A DNA stretch of 64,000 nt from Eledone cirrhosa (GCA_964016885.1 OZ024745.1:102176001-102240000); one strand, 5' to 3'. Shown: positions 10,950 to 24,849, counted from the stretch's first letter. The notes: generated from the sequence alone by a model not told the origin. Numbers and translations: made by a program.

Positions 10950-11350
10950 GGTGGATTGGCAGTTTCGGTAGAGGGTCAGACACTATACTTTGCAGCATAG
11001 TTATGGCCCTTTACAGCCTAGGTTCAAATCTCGCCACGGTTAACTTTGCCTTTCATCCTTACAGCTGATGAAATAAAGCACCAGTAATGCACTGGGATAA
11101 TTGCTGGCCTTGTGCCAAAAGTAGAAACAATTATTATTATCTATTATTATTATCAAAGGGCGGTGGATTGGCAGTATCGGTAGAGGGTCGGACGCCATAC
11201 TTTCCAGCATAGTTACGTCCTTTTACGATCTGAGTTCAAATCCCGCCGAGGTTGACTTTGCCTTTCATCCTTACGGGGTCGATAAAATAAAGTACCAGTA
11301 ATGCACTGGGTAATTGCTGGCCTTGTGCCTAAAGTAGAAACAATTATTAT
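10950..11350 (+). mobile_element. Two tandem tRNA-derived SINE family A copies (Nin/Deu-like body, (ATT)n tail)
   Basis: A-box TGGCAGTATCGG, B-box GAGTTCAAATCC, body GCCTTTCATCCTTACGGGGTCGATAAAATAAAGTACCAG; copies at 10950-11140 and 11158-11350. Confidence 0.85.
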
Positions 11351-11879
11351 CAATTTTTCCTTTTCGGGGTTGATAAAGAAATAGAACGAGTCTAGGGCAG
11401 TGAATTAGCAGAATTGTTAGAATGTTGCCTAAGAAGCCTTTAAATATCTTTTTTGACTCTTTACATTCTGATGGCAACACCAGCAATGGTATTGGTGCTA
11501 ACATTTATCAACACTGATGGCATGGAGAGGCAAGATTTGCTTGCATCAGTGACTACTAATCTTCCACAAAAACCCCATTGCCGAGGCATGTGCCTTTGAA
11601 ATGAAATTTGGCAATGCAGATCTATAGTCCTACAAGATATTGTTATTTTAAAAATAGAGAATGGACTAGGAAAATTGATAGAATTCTGGGTAAAATGCAT
11701 TATGGTATTTAGTTACATATCCTTACATCTTAGTTCAAATCCTGACAGAGTTCAATTCTGTCTTTCATCATTCTCTCAAAATGTGTGGCTTTGTGCCAGT
11801 ATTGGAAAACATTGTACTAGTTCAATCCATCTTTTTCCTATGTGCAAGGAACCCAGGACCAGATAAGAGCTCCTTTGTT

Positions 11880-12158
11880 GGCTCAATTATCATGGATGTT
11901 GTATGATGCACATGGACGATGATTCCTGGGTGAAGAAGTGCCAAGGAAATCCCAGTGGAAGGAAGCCATAGTAGAGGTAGACCAAGAAAAACTTGGGCAG
12001 AGTTTGTGAAAGCTGATTCAAAATCACTGCGACTTACAGAGGAGATGATGAAGGAACACGGTGAGTGGAGAGTTACCATGCTGAGAAGGACCTATCTAAG
12101 CCATGCAAGCATGGAAAAAATAGATGTTAAAACAATAATGATGACAATGATGACGATG
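11880..12158 (+). mobile_element. RTE LINE 3' fragment
   Basis: RGRPRKTW motif followed by the RTE tail and (GAT)n. Confidence 0.75.
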
Positions 12159-12432
12159 TCAGAAGGTTATAGAGTATCAGAATCAGTCATGTACCAAAGG
12201 AAATCATTTACAGTATTTAGTTATATCACTCTAAATTCTTCTCTCAAATTCTGCCAAGGTCCAAACTTTTACCTTCATGCATTCAGTTGGGTTGATTTTA
12301 ACAATTATCTCTTACACATTTGATAATGTTGTCCTAAATACACTGACAGGATCATCCTGACTGAAATGTTTTTGAGCATATGATTCAATCAACTATAAGC
12401 TGGAGCTAAATAACACAAAATTCTAATCTTGC

Positions 12433-12480
12433 CAGTATCATCTTGCATTTCATACATGGGCACTGTCCCTTCTTTCAGAC
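12433..12480 (-). other. Candidate 48-nt internal exon (open frame LKEGTVPMYEMQDDT), possible GC donor
   Basis: Strong minus-strand acceptor TTTTATCTTTTTATTTTGTAG and donor CTG|GCAAGA; symmetric phase. Confidence 0.3.
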
Positions 12481-14180
12481 CTACAAAATAAAAAGATAAA
12501 ATGAAACAGACTTATCTCTCTCTATATATATACATGCTTCTCAACAAAACATAGTCATTTACTAGACAAAGAATTTCATTACTTTTATTCTTCGAGCTTC
12601 ACTTTGACAATTCCACATAATTTTAGCACAGTATAGAAATATATTTAAAATCTTTTACTTGTATTTCCAGATCATTAAAAATGTTCCTTTTCATTTTATC
12701 ACTGTGAATCATAAAGCTGACCTTAAGTAAATAACCCAGATTAATGATTCATTCTTTCATTCATGTATTAGAAAAGAAAGCAAAATTCTCTGTTTACTAT
12801 AACCTGCTATTAACTTCACAGTATATTTAAAAGGGAGGCTTTTGGTTTCAGTTGAAACATATCTTTGTTTGTGGTTTCTTTTGAGTTTTATCTTTTTTTG
12901 TTTTTATTGTTTTGTATTTTTCTATCACCATTTTATGAAATGCAGATTTTACTATAAAGTTCTTGTATACATTTAAAGAATATGCATTTGAAATCAAACA
13001 AATATTTATATATTCTTCAAAGCAATCTCCTTATTTTCCTATAATTTCAAAACTTTTTGAAGTTGAAAATTTCATATCTCTCTTTTTTTTAGCCTTCTTT
13101 TGATTTTGAAGAATGAAATAAAAACAGTCTGATAGGAATAACTCAGATGATGATAAATGATCGACTATTATTATGGCCATTTGAATTGAGGGATACACTT
13201 CCCAATGCTTCTTAACTTTAATTTTTTTTTGCTTACACTTCTAGCTACAAGCTTAAAATCTTCTAAACAAACAGAATTGGTGGTCAGACCCTCTTTAGTG
13301 TAGTGGTTAATGCACTCATCTGGTATCTGAGAGATGTGTTCAGTTCCTTGTAGATGCCTCTATTTTTTTTTCCATCATCAAGGTTACTTTTACTCAATTT
13401 TCTCAGCTATTATTTATAGTGATCAACTATTATTTGTGCATTGGGATGCACACATTTTAAAGTATAAAGATGATTTCGATATTCAGCTCTTCTCTCCTGG
13501 CTGTGATACATTTGATCATGGATTTACTGAAACAATTACAGTTAGCTGTTACATTTATTATATGAATTAATTCCAACAGTTGATAGTTTTACAACAGATT
13601 TGTAAGATTCTATATAGATATTAGCATTAGCTTCTGAAATGTCAATTTACTGTGATAACATTATGATTTTACTTAGATTGAACGTGGAAATAAACTATAA
13701 CACCTGAAGAATGAGAAAACTAAGATCTCAGGTGAAATATCTATGATGCAAAACTATTTATATTCATTTAAGACTTTCCATCATAATGAGAAAGTTAGTT
13801 GTGTTACTAAATCCCTCTAATCATTCTTGAGTATTTTCAAAATTATTTGAGAATTATCAGCAGTCATTAGAAATATGATAATGAAAGGGTTAACTTACTC
13901 AGTAGGGCTTTACTTAGTCACATACATTTCTCATCTATCAGATTCTTACTTAGGTACCAATCTTTGGCTTTTTGAACCAGTATTTTTCCTGTTCTCTAAC
14001 ATTCTATTCCTTTTTCACTCATACATAACATCATTCTCACCATCATTGTTTTAGTATTCATTGTTTTTCATACTTGTATTTGTTAGAGTGGTCAGCTTAT
14101 AGATTTTTTTGTCATTTTGTTTGTGACATCTAACATTTTTATATATCATCTGAGATCTTCCAATTGCTTGACTTCATTAA

Positions 14181-14364
14181 CCCTTTACTCTATATTTACA
14201 TAGTAAACACTTTATCGCACATAATGACAAATCTATGAGATTTTGATATTATTTATTTTGAGAACAATACCTTAACATAAGTATGAACAATTGGTTATGG
14301 CTGGTTTGAACAGAAAGAAGTGAAAGAATTCTGGCCAGATATGGCTGGTTTAAATGTTAAAGGT
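14181..14364. mobile_element. piggyBac-type MITE (decayed copy)
   Basis: TTAA|CCCTTTA start, family internal sequence, TTAA at the right end. Confidence 0.7.
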
Positions 14365-14506
14365 TTAATCCACCTCAAGAACATTAACTTCCAACAGTAA
14401 TCCATTTCATTTTTCTATGCTGGTTATATTAAGAAATCCCTGTAGTTAGCTCTCCTAAATATTTTCCAGTACATTTGACATCTATCCATATTATTACTAT
14501 TCATTT

Positions 14507-14700
14507 GGGCAGTGGATTGGCAGTATCAGTAGAGGGTTGGACGCCATGCTTTCTAGCATAGAGTTACGTCCCTTTACGGACTGAGTTCAAATCCCTCCAA
14601 GGTTAACTTTGCCTTTCATCCTTACGGGGTCGATAAAATAAAGTACCAGTAATGTACTGGGTAATTGCTGGCCTTGTGCCAAAAGTAGAAACAATTATTA
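14507..14700 (+). mobile_element. SINE family A with ~16-bp target-site duplication
   Basis: TTATTACTATTCATTT at 14491-14506 and 14695-14710. Confidence 0.88.
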
Positions 14701-14782
14701 CTATTCATTTATTTAGTTATGCAGCAGTACATATAAATATAGTCAGTAGCTTGACTTTTCAGGGAGCAGAGGTATCCATTAA

Positions 14783-15001
14783 CCCTTTAGCATTTAAACT
14801 GGCCATATCCGGCCAGAATTCTCTCACCTCTTTCTGTTCAAACTGGCCATAACCGGCTGCTGATACTTATGTTATAGTATTCTCAAAATAAAATAACATC
14901 AAAATCTCATAGATTCGATATTATGTGAGATAATTATGTGAAGTAAAGCCTTTACTGTGAAACTACAATAGTAAATATAGAGTAATGTGAATGCTAAAGG
15001 G
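14783..15001. mobile_element. piggyBac-type MITE
   Basis: TTAA|CCCTTTAGCATT ... AATGCTAAAGGG|TTAA: terminal inverted repeats and TTAA target duplication. Confidence 0.88.
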
Positions 15002-15804
15002 TTAATCCATTTTGTTTTTGAAAGGAAGTGGGTAGTTGATTATACTCTCTCTGCCACTATTCAGCAGGTACTTATTTTATTGACAAAGGGAATGATGAAA
15101 GACAAAGTCGACTTAGGTGGGATTTGAACATGGAATGTAAAAGGCCATAACTAGGTGCCCTAATGATTTCGCCAATATACTGTCATTCCCAGCCAAATAT
15201 ACAATAAAAATGTTAATATAAATGTATATAACTAAACCAGACACATGAATTGTTCAATTGTAAGTTTCGCATGAAAACATTTCCTAAAATATACTGTAAT
15301 CTTTACTCCCATTTATTAGTCTCTACTTTGAGATGACACAAGATGTTATGAGAGAAACCTGATCAGCTAATTCTTTGTGTATGTGTATGTTTGTGTGAAT
15401 ATCTAATGACACCAGTTCTTCTGAACTGTAACTTTTTTTTGTTATTGAAGCTCTTTGGCACTAGTTTTTATGTAACCTTTTAAAATTTCCCCTTTGTAGG
15501 TTTGCTTATTGATGATATAAAATGTTATATCTGTCTAGCATTAATTCTCATTTTCTCTTGATCTAAATCTTTAAAACCAGAGTCATAGCTATAATAATTA
15601 GGAAAGATGCATATGTTGCATGTGATTATGATTTTTCTATTCCACTTTAGAGACACAGATCTGCTGAATTACAGGCTCTGAAATGTCTTCTGGTTTTGCT
15701 ATTATTCTATTTCAGGATCAGTTAGCTTTGTTTTATTTATTGGTTAATCAGAAGTTCAAGAGAGAGGGAAGTGAGAAGGCACTCATTACTTCATTTATTA
15801 TATT

Positions 15805-15854
15805 CTAGACTTAGTCATCAGAATGACTAGACGTTGTTCTCTTTATTATATGGA
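15805..15854 (-). mobile_element. Minimal 50-bp Helitron-like element
   Basis: Minus strand: TCCATATAATAAAG...TAGTCAT-TCTG-ATGACTA hairpin...CTAG end. Confidence 0.55.
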
Positions 15855-18820
15855 TGGTTAATTTTAACTTTTAGGGTACTAATCAGAGTGTAGAAATTGT
15901 TTAGGATGGAGATTTATTGTGAAATACAGTCTTTAAGCTGTGGGGTAAGAAAGTTACACAGAGAACATGACAAAGTGAAGAGAAGCTGATGTAGAATAGC
16001 AAAAGATACTGGATTAACAATGTAAAGACATATAGAGAACATACATAGTTAATCACTTAAATCAAAGTTCACTGATGAAGACTACTTAGAGACAATTAAT
16101 AAGCAGAAACCTAACCATTTAATTACCATTTTTCTTATGAAATTATTAATGAAGACTTTGATGGGATTTAGTAAAATTATTAGTTATTTTATTAGTTATT
16201 ATTTGCAACATAACTTAAGAGAAAAGTTATGCTGGAGGATTTTAATTTAAATAGAAACCCTTGAAAATGGGTGGTTTTGTTCCATAGAATCAGAGACAAT
16301 TTTGGTTGAGTTGGTATCAATAGAGTTTTGTAAGACAGATAAATACCATTTACAATATGTGCTTGTTATGAAAGGCATTCCAGCCATAACCATCTGTCCT
16401 TCTCTCAGACATTGCGATCTAGGACTATATTATCAAATGTGTCCTTCCATTTTTTAGGGGAGAGTGAGCAATTGTTTCCAACAGATTTAGTAACCATATA
16501 AAGGCTCCTTCATTTGGCTTGAGTGTAAGCGCGTGTGTTACCAGTACAACATTACAGACACTCAAAAGTATTAGGGCAGATAACTGAGTCTTCAGTTACT
16601 ACTCCCAAATACATATATTCCCAATTTATATAATAAATATGATTTATGAAAGAAACAATTGAATAAAAGTTAGTCCCAAAAAATGTGACAAGACATGCAC
16701 ACTGAATTATATGCTCCAACAGGGAATTCTGGTGTTTTCTCCAACAATTTTTTGTTGAACTCCAAGCCACTCACTGCATTACCATGTGGAATATCATAGC
16801 AAGGCTTGGTGTTGGAATAAGCCATGTATTCTCAGAAACATCATTTGCTATTTCAATAAGACAAGCTGCCCACAATAATGAAAACTATGTTGTCAGTGGC
16901 CTATCTTCCCCAAATGTCTTGAATGCCATAGTTTAAAACTTGTAGTTTACCAATTAGCAGTTTATTCCTTTTGGTTATGGATGCAGTGAGACCCCCCCCC
17001 CCCTGCCATATTTGCCCCAGTATCGAGGATGTAAGAAGGATTGAAAAAGGGGTATCTACCCAAGCCCAATGGTTCAACCATTTGGCCGCTTTCTATTGAC
17101 CCTGTACAACCCATTTGGCTCATAAATTGTTAGAATTAGTAAACAATGCATGAACGGAATTACAGTTTAATTATCTGTTTAAATATGAACATGTTGTCAA
17201 AGACTTTTATTGTTAGAAACTTTTTCTAATGTTAAATATTCAACCAGAAATAGTTGTACCAGTAGTTGTCACGATTAAAGACATTCTCACCATGACCACT
17301 CTGTCGTTTTAGATAGTATTTATTTCAAGTTACAATATTTAATATGCCCTTTCATTTTTTTTTTCTTAAAGACAGTAGGATTTGGCTGCTATTACTAGAA
17401 GGTCAATTAAGTTAGCAGCATTCCTAATTGGCTAGTAGTAGGTGGTGGTAGTTAGGGTTTCCTTTAGTAGAGTGAGAGTGAAAGAGATCAAATTTGAATT
17501 AACCGTTTTAGTGATATAGCCTTGTTGACTATATTGCAAAAAATATTTTGGGTAATCATCAAAAACAATAGAAAAACAGTATGACTCAAATAACATTAAC
17601 TGTCACTCAGAGATAGCACTATTGATTTTTGTTAAAACTTGCAAATGAGGCAACTAATAAAACTAGTTAAAATTTATACATTTGTATACTGATGAACATC
17701 TGGATGAATGGTAAAATCCTAGTGTCTAACAAGAGCTACTGTCCACCAGAATCAATCCAACTATCGAAATTGTCCAATTTCTAACAGATAATTATGCACA
17801 AAAAACTAAGATCATCAATATCATGAGTATCATTACTGTTGTCCATGTCACTCTTCCACTCATGAAACATGTAGAAAATGAGAAATAAACCAAAGCCCTG
17901 ACAAGAAACTTCCATAAACAATGTCTGTTGGATAAGATATAGTCTACACTATTGGTTCATGTGAAGGTTGCTAGCCTATTGAGAAGAGTGCTATACTTTA
18001 AGCCAATATATCGACTGTATAGTATTTTTGGCTACATTATCAATGTTGATATGTAGACATTAGCTGGTAATATTGATGACATCGGTGGTGTTGATATTTT
18101 AACAGGAAATTAATAGATATATATAATTTAGTAATAATATTAAGTTGATAACATTAATAATTGTTTCTACTTTTGGCACAAGGCCAGCAATTAACCAGTG
18201 CATTACTGGTACTTTATTTTATCAACCCCGTAAGGATGAAAGGCAAAGTTAACCACGATAATAATATGTTAATATGTTGATCTTGTTCTTTGTTCTTTTT
18301 TGTCGTTTTACAACTCATTTTTCTCCATGTTTTCATAGGTGGAAATACTGTTGTTTAGTCCCAAGTCACTCTCTAATCAAGGAGACTTATAGTATGTATC
18401 TTGTTTGACGAAAATATTCCAGAAAATCAGCCTATTTTTCATAAGCATGAAATCAAAGTTTGGGTTACTGACAAGAAAGAGTCTTCCAAAATTGAAATAC
18501 ATCTTACAAGCTTGGGCACCTTATAAGTCATCAAATATTGTAGCGGATCAGTAAATTTACTAGAAAGGAACCTGTGCTCTTGGCATTCTACCTGTGGCTA
18601 TCTTATCTTTTTTGCAGACAAAGTATATCTAATAATTTCTCATCCAACATAACCTTCCTTTTTTAAGACAGAAGGGTATGATTTGAGGGGGATTTGACTT
18701 GTTGGAAGGAAGGTTTTATTTGTTAGGGAAAAGAAGGATGGATTAATAATTTTTACAGATAGATTTCTTTTCCTATTTCTAATCACATAAGCATGTTTTG
18801 TTTTGTTTTTTTTTGTTCAG

Positions 18821-18912
18821 TCAAACAAACTGAAATAAGCACAGTGAAGGCTCAAAGATGGCTCAGAGACATAACATAATTTGAGTGGAAAGATATGAAT
18901 TATGACTGTGAG
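18821..18912 (+). other. Candidate non-coding exon (+)
   Basis: Long polypyrimidine acceptor ending TTGTTCAG and donor GAG|GTGTGT; stops in all three frames. Confidence 0.25.
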
Positions 18913-19507
18913 GTGTGTAGTCCTGTACTTTAATTTTACAGCCATTATACTTGGTAGTATGTATTAACTATTAACATCCTGCAATGATTTAGCCAAAAAT
19001 TACTAAAAATATGTCTATAGTACCTTTATTAGTGGACAGATCCTTGTCAAAATTTACTGTATTAAAGTAAATACATACATGTTTTTATATAACAGAGTCC
19101 TGGTACTGTTTTGTACTTTTCAAGAATGTATCGATATTGTAGTTTCATGTGGAATGCGATGTTGATTTTTAAATATCTACATACAGGGAAAAAGAAGAAA
19201 ATGGAAAGCAAACTTTAAATACCTTTGTTTAGTGCTGCTTCAGTTATGTTTCTCTGAACTTCTCCCTATCATAGAAGCACTAATGAATCACAGTGCTATA
19301 TCTATCTAGTTAAATATACATATAATATCTACTAACTATATAACATTTCTTTAGTTTATCTTTAAATCTCATTCAATAGTATTTCTAATGCAGCTAGGGT
19401 GGCAGGATGTAAAATATAATATTCCAAATGTAAGTTGGTAAACATGTTTGAATTAACTTTCATTTTTATTATTTACTTGGATAAACAGTTAAATTGACAT
19501 TCTGTTT

Positions 19508-19574
19508 TTTTTTTATATCTAGATTTGAATATCTTTGCCAAAGGCAAAGATATTCAAATCTAGATATAAAAAAA
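19508..19574. repeat. Perfect 32-bp inverted repeat with 3-nt loop
   Basis: TTTTTTTATATCTAGATTTGAATATCTTTGCC-AAA-GGCAAAGATATTCAAATCTAGATATAAAAAAA. Confidence 0.95.
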
Positions 19575-19821
19575 CTAATTGAAATACAAGAGTAAAAATA
19601 TTTCCTAATAAAAATTATTATAGTTATATTTTATTTAACAAATACATATCAGACATTTTCTCAGAAATATGTACATGCGTACATTTATATTTTTAAATGT
19701 ATGCATGCATCCATGGTATATATAAATCACATAGGTAGTTAAAACTATTTAATAAACATACATGGCATTTGGCTTTCAAATACATACGTGACTTTTGGGA
19801 GTCCTATATATATATATATAT

Positions 19822-20118
19822 GAATTAACGTTAAGATAGATGTTACATAATCATATTTATTGCATAATACTTATTTCAGTAACACCAGTGCATAGTTGTT
19901 ATGCACTCATTGCAACAGCAACTGGTACTAATGTGACTTCATCAGATGTTAACACAATTATGTGAGGGAGTTGACATGCCACAAGCAAACACTTCCATGC
20001 TTGTGAAAGTTCAGTTAACGTATGACTCACCAATTGTTTCTATTCCTTTAGATTTCTTGTGATATTGGCATCTATTTTCTAATTGGTAGATTCTGTAAAC
20101 TCTAGGATGTGTTGATTA
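19822..20118 (-). mobile_element. Short Penelope-like 3' end between (TA)n tracts, with a hammerhead motif at 19863-19948
   Basis: Minus strand: ...LENRCQYHKK...stop, then CAT-CTGATGA-long stem II-GAAA-TAAGTA-TT-ATG; (TA)n on both sides. Confidence 0.6.
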
Positions 20119-21420
20119 ATATATATATATATATGTCGATCCAGGAGGCAGTATAGGCCCATGAAGACCAAAAAAGACTTGGCTGGAGGATGTCCATTGG
20201 GATCAAGCTAGGCTTAGCCTGGCCCAAGTGAGACCAGCAGATAGAAATACATGAAGTGGGATGCTAAGGAGCATTGTAAGACAGGACCCATCCCTACTTA
20301 GGGATTAATTGTGACCTGCATAATCAAAAACTTGATGATATATATATATGTGTGTGCTATTGTGCATAAAATTGAACAAAATGGGTAAAAGAAGTATCAA
20401 GTATAACTAATACAATAATTTTGTACTGTTTTTGTTTTTGCTTATAATTTTCCCTCTTAACTACAACAGTGATGCAGATCAAATCCTCAGATAGTTGATT
20501 TCTTATTGAGGAAGAATTGGATAACATGCTGTTTGTGTTTCTTCAGTAGTATAGAGGGTTAGGTATTATGTTTATGGTGAGACAGCTTAAGAGAAGTAGT
20601 TAACTCTAAACATCTTGTAAGGATTTAGTAGAGAATATCTAAAAACAGATTTATTAATTCAAATGTTTATAGTATCTTTATAAATGGATAGATTGTTGTG
20701 AAAATTTACAGAATTAGATATAGTAAGGACTTTTTAATATGATGCTGTCGTAGGGCTGTCTTGTATTTTACGATTTCATGTGGTACAGGACGTTAAAGGT
20801 AAAGATAAAAACACCATCTTACATTTATTGGCTGATAAAAATCCTGTAAATTGATGACTTATGATTGTTGCTTAAACCTATTTAAACAGACATGTGATCA
20901 AAGGAATTCCAGCCATAGCCATCCTATCATTTTTCCATGTGTCTTTCCCTTTTTTATGGTAGAGTGTTATTTGAGGGAAATTTGCTGCTATTTCCAGATA
21001 GTTAAGCAGCCACATAGAGGCACCCATACTGACATGAGTAAAATTGAGTGACATTCTGGTCAGCTATTTGTATAACACCAGAAATATACTGAATATGTTT
21101 AATATATAGGCAGGTGTTCATTATGACTCAGTACTTGACTCCTTTATTTTAACCAGTGATGCTATTAAAGCAAAAACAAAAAAAAAATTACTGAATGCTT
21201 GTGGAAAGTTTTGCATGCTGACCACAGAGTTCCAAATGTAGAGGCATTCCTGAAATTACAAAAGTCCAGAAATTGTGAGAGGAACATAACCAAGACTTAG
21301 TTTCTAGCTAGTAACAGTGTCTACCAACAGTGAACAGAAAGAATTAGTTGTACCTGTCATGTATAAAGGAATACAAGAATATATATTAGATGGTCAGGTA
21401 ACTTTGGTTTACTACTAATC

Positions 21421-21769
21421 ATCATTCATCATCATTCATCATTTCATTTTACGTCCGCTTTTTCCCTGCTTGCAGGGGTGGGACGGGAACCGATTCTGGC
21501 TTGATTTCTACAGCTGGATGCCCTTCCTAACACCAACCTCATTTACAGTGAGTGCTGGGTGCTTTTTTGCTGTGGCACCTCCACGACTACTTTGCAGTGG
21601 AATTATATGGACCCCAGTCCTATCATCTCATTTCTACAGCTGAGTAAACTGGAGCAATGTGAAATAAAGTGTCTTGGTCAAGGAAACAACACATCACCCG
21701 GTCTGAGAATTGAACTCACAACCTTTTGATTGCAAGGCCAATGCTCTAACCACTAAGCCATGCGCCTCC
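21421..21769 (-). mobile_element. SINE family B
   Basis: Near-identical to 5134-5469. Confidence 0.85.
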
Positions 21770-21847
21770 ATTGTAGTAGGATATCAAACTGTAAAGAAAT
21801 TAAAAACCTGTAGTGTGTGCCTCCGCTATTTCTTTATTATTTAACAT

Positions 21848-22038
21848 CGGTGGATTGGCAGTATCGGTAGAGGTTCGGACGCCATGCTTTGACGCATAGA
21901 GTTACGGCCCTTGCCATTCTGAGTTCAAATCCCGCCGAGGTTAACTTTGCCTTTCATCCTTACGGGGTCGATAAAATAAAGTACCAGTAATGTACTGGGT
22001 AATTTTCTGGCCTTGTGCCAATAGTAGAAACAATTATT
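21848..22038 (+). mobile_element. SINE family A with TSD ATTATTTAACAT
   Basis: A/B boxes, family body and duplicated flank. Confidence 0.87.
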
Positions 22039-22699
22039 TAACATATATTTTCCACACTCACATGAATTAGACAGCTTGTCAAGTTATAAGACAATTCAGA
22101 TCAGGTGATCATGTCTTGTTTATACGGATTTGCTTTTGGCTTGCTTTCTACGGCTGGATGCCCTTCCTAACACCAATCATGCTACAGCATGGACTGGGTC
22201 CTTTTTATCATGACATCCAAGCAATCATCACTTTTTTGCTATGTAGAGTGGATGCTTTTTTGTCATCTTACCATCATGACTGCATTACAGGGTTGACTTG
22301 GCGCTTTGTTGGGGGAGAACAAGTATGGAGTGTGTCCAGATTTCCAAGCTTGTATACATGGGTTGGACAGGAGAGTTGTATGGATATGCAAGCTGGATGA
22401 GGTGAGAGAGAATGAAATAGAAGTGAAGGACTAAAGAAAGATTGAAGTAGTAGATATATTCTTTTACCTTGATATTACAGTTCTGGTAGAGAGCCTTGTA
22501 GTTTAGCTTTAAGGTAACTATTACATTGGATAGCTTCAGGAATACAGGCAACAGCTACCATAATAGAACCACCTGACAACATAAATGTATGTCAGAAGTA
22601 TGGTATTTGGACTTCAATGTAGATTGAGAGATGAGCTGTGTGGTTTAATTAGAATGTTTTTCAACATGCTGATGTATATATGTGTGTGCACGAGTATAT

Positions 22700-22917
22700 A
22701 AATATAAATGCACATACACACTCACACACCGTAGCAAATGGAATGCCAGCCCCTATTTTGCACAGACACACTCACACACACCGTAGCAAATGAAATGCCA
22801 CCCACTATTTTGCTATAGTTTTTTCACCATCCCCTTCCTTTTCACTCACATACATTAACACAAACACACACATTGTGTGACAGACAGACAAAAGTCACTC
22901 AAATTTATATATATAGA
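22700..22917 (-). mobile_element. Non-autonomous Helitron 5' fragment with an internal ~45-bp tandem duplication
   Basis: Minus strand A|TCTATATATATAAA...GTCTGTCTGTC resembles the 5' end at 50758; CACACCGTAGCAAATG...CTATTTTGC occurs twice. Confidence 0.55.
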
Positions 22918-23193
22918 TGCAATGTAATCTCAAAATGTCCACCTGTGTGATGTAGATTTCAGATAGGAGACAGGTTACAAAACCTCCAATTATCATTGTA
23001 TACATTTAATGAAAATATATCTCTTACAATGGATTAACAATTAATTGTTGGCAGTAAATTAAGAGTTAGTAGTAAAACTTAGAATGTGTGGATAGACCAC
23101 AAAATACGTTTGAAAAATATTGGTTGAATGGCTATTAAAAGACTAGAGCTCTTATTTGTATATGATACAAGACTGAGGTACACAGAAACTTAC

Positions 23194-23414
23194 CTAATTA
23201 TGGCCCATTCAGCTGTGTTTCTTTTATTCTCAAAAGGCTGGATGTTTCAAGGTTAACTGTCTCTATGCTTATCATCCAAACTCCTCATGTTGCCATCACA
23301 CCATTGTTGTTCATTTCATTTATGAGTCTTATTTGCATTGTTTTCATGAGAGATGTTCTTGAACAGTTATATACGGATAGGGTGCCTAATTTCTTAGTGA
23401 AATCACAGTTGAGG
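23194..23414 (-). other. Candidate non-coding exon (-)
   Basis: Acceptor ...TTACACTGCAG and consensus donor TAG|GTAAGT; stops in all frames; abuts a MITE fragment at ~23426-23517. Confidence 0.3.
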
Positions 23415-24849
23415 CTGCAGTGTAATAACATCAGTATGAGTGGCCAATTATGGCCAGTTTGAACAGAAAGAGGTGGGAGAATTCGGGCTGGATATGACCG
23501 GTTTAAATGTTAAAGGGTTAATTGATATATAGATTGATACCATGACACATTCAACACAATTGTATTTCATTTTATTTATTTTTTTTTTTTTACAAAAAAT
23601 TATTCTTTTCATGTGTTGATTAGCAATGATGGGCTGTGAATATCGATTTCTCAATATTTTGTTTGAAGTGTCAATTCTATGGATTGATAAACTTTGCTAT
23701 CCCACCCACAAAGATTGGGTTCAATACTTTTGAGGAATTAAGAAATAATTTGATGTCACAATAATTTTAGAGCGGTAATATTAGTTAGATTGAAGTGAGT
23801 AATCCAAGAATTTTGTTTAGTGTAACCAGCATTCGACTCTTTAACTTCGATTTATCTAGAAACATTAGTATTCATTGGTTTATTTCTTTATCAATTCTTT
23901 ATCTTCATTATAGCATCCGTGATTAGAATATCCATTTCTTTTTTTTTTTTATGTAAATGAGGTTTACATTACTCAATTTTCACATCTGTTAAAAATGTAA
24001 AGAATAAATTTTATTTTAGAATTTTTAGTATTAAAGACGAAGCAGAATGGGTTATGAAGGACTTCAATTAGATGGATTTGAGTTTTCAATTTTGGTGCAT
24101 ATGTGGATGACAGGATGATATGTGTATGTATATTCAACCAATTTGCTGTGTGTTTGTGTTTGGATGAAAATAAAAGTGAGAAAATGTTTTTTGTGGAGCT
24201 TCTCTTGTGATATTTTGGATGTTTTAGCATATGAAGAGGAAACAGAATATGGCTGTGCAGGTGTTGTGTCCAGAAGGGAGATGCTGCAAAAGGTGTTGCG
24301 GGAGTGGGGGATAATAGCAACAACAATAATAATGATAAAGGTTTCTAATTAAGTATTCTCGTCTGATTTTAAAAAAGAAATGCAATACAATCTTTTCCCA
24401 TTTCTGTAATTTCTATATCTAAACAAAGACCAGCATGTTACACTCCATTTCTTTCTGATAATTGAAAATATTGTGAGAAGATGGATTAGGAAACATCATC
24501 ATCATCAACAAAATGAAGATAGATGTAAAAATGAAATCTCTGTTGAATCTTCTAATATTCAACTCTAATGTTATGGCAGTAATTATGTTAAGGAAACTGC
24601 TAGCAAAATTGATGCTGTAAAAAAAGTGAAGATGACAAGGTCACCCGACCTAACATCGCCCACAACAGGACAACCCGTCTAACCCATGCTAGCGTGGAAG
24701 AATGGACGTAAAATGGTGATGATGATCTCTTTAATTCATCCGTTAAATCCTAATAAAGTGGGTAATCATTACATACAGTAGTTTGGAAATGTAGTAGTGT
24801 CTTACTATATAAAATGATTGAGAATATTGGAACCACATAGTCTTTAATA

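Noticed and set aside
13289-13358. tRNA-like sequence (TAGTGTAGTGGTTA...GTTCAGTTCC)
   Set aside because: No cloverleaf or acceptor stem; most likely a decayed SINE head.
17780-18005. Possible very old GIY-YIG (Penelope) remnant
   Set aside because: Too degraded to support by eye; needs a translated search.
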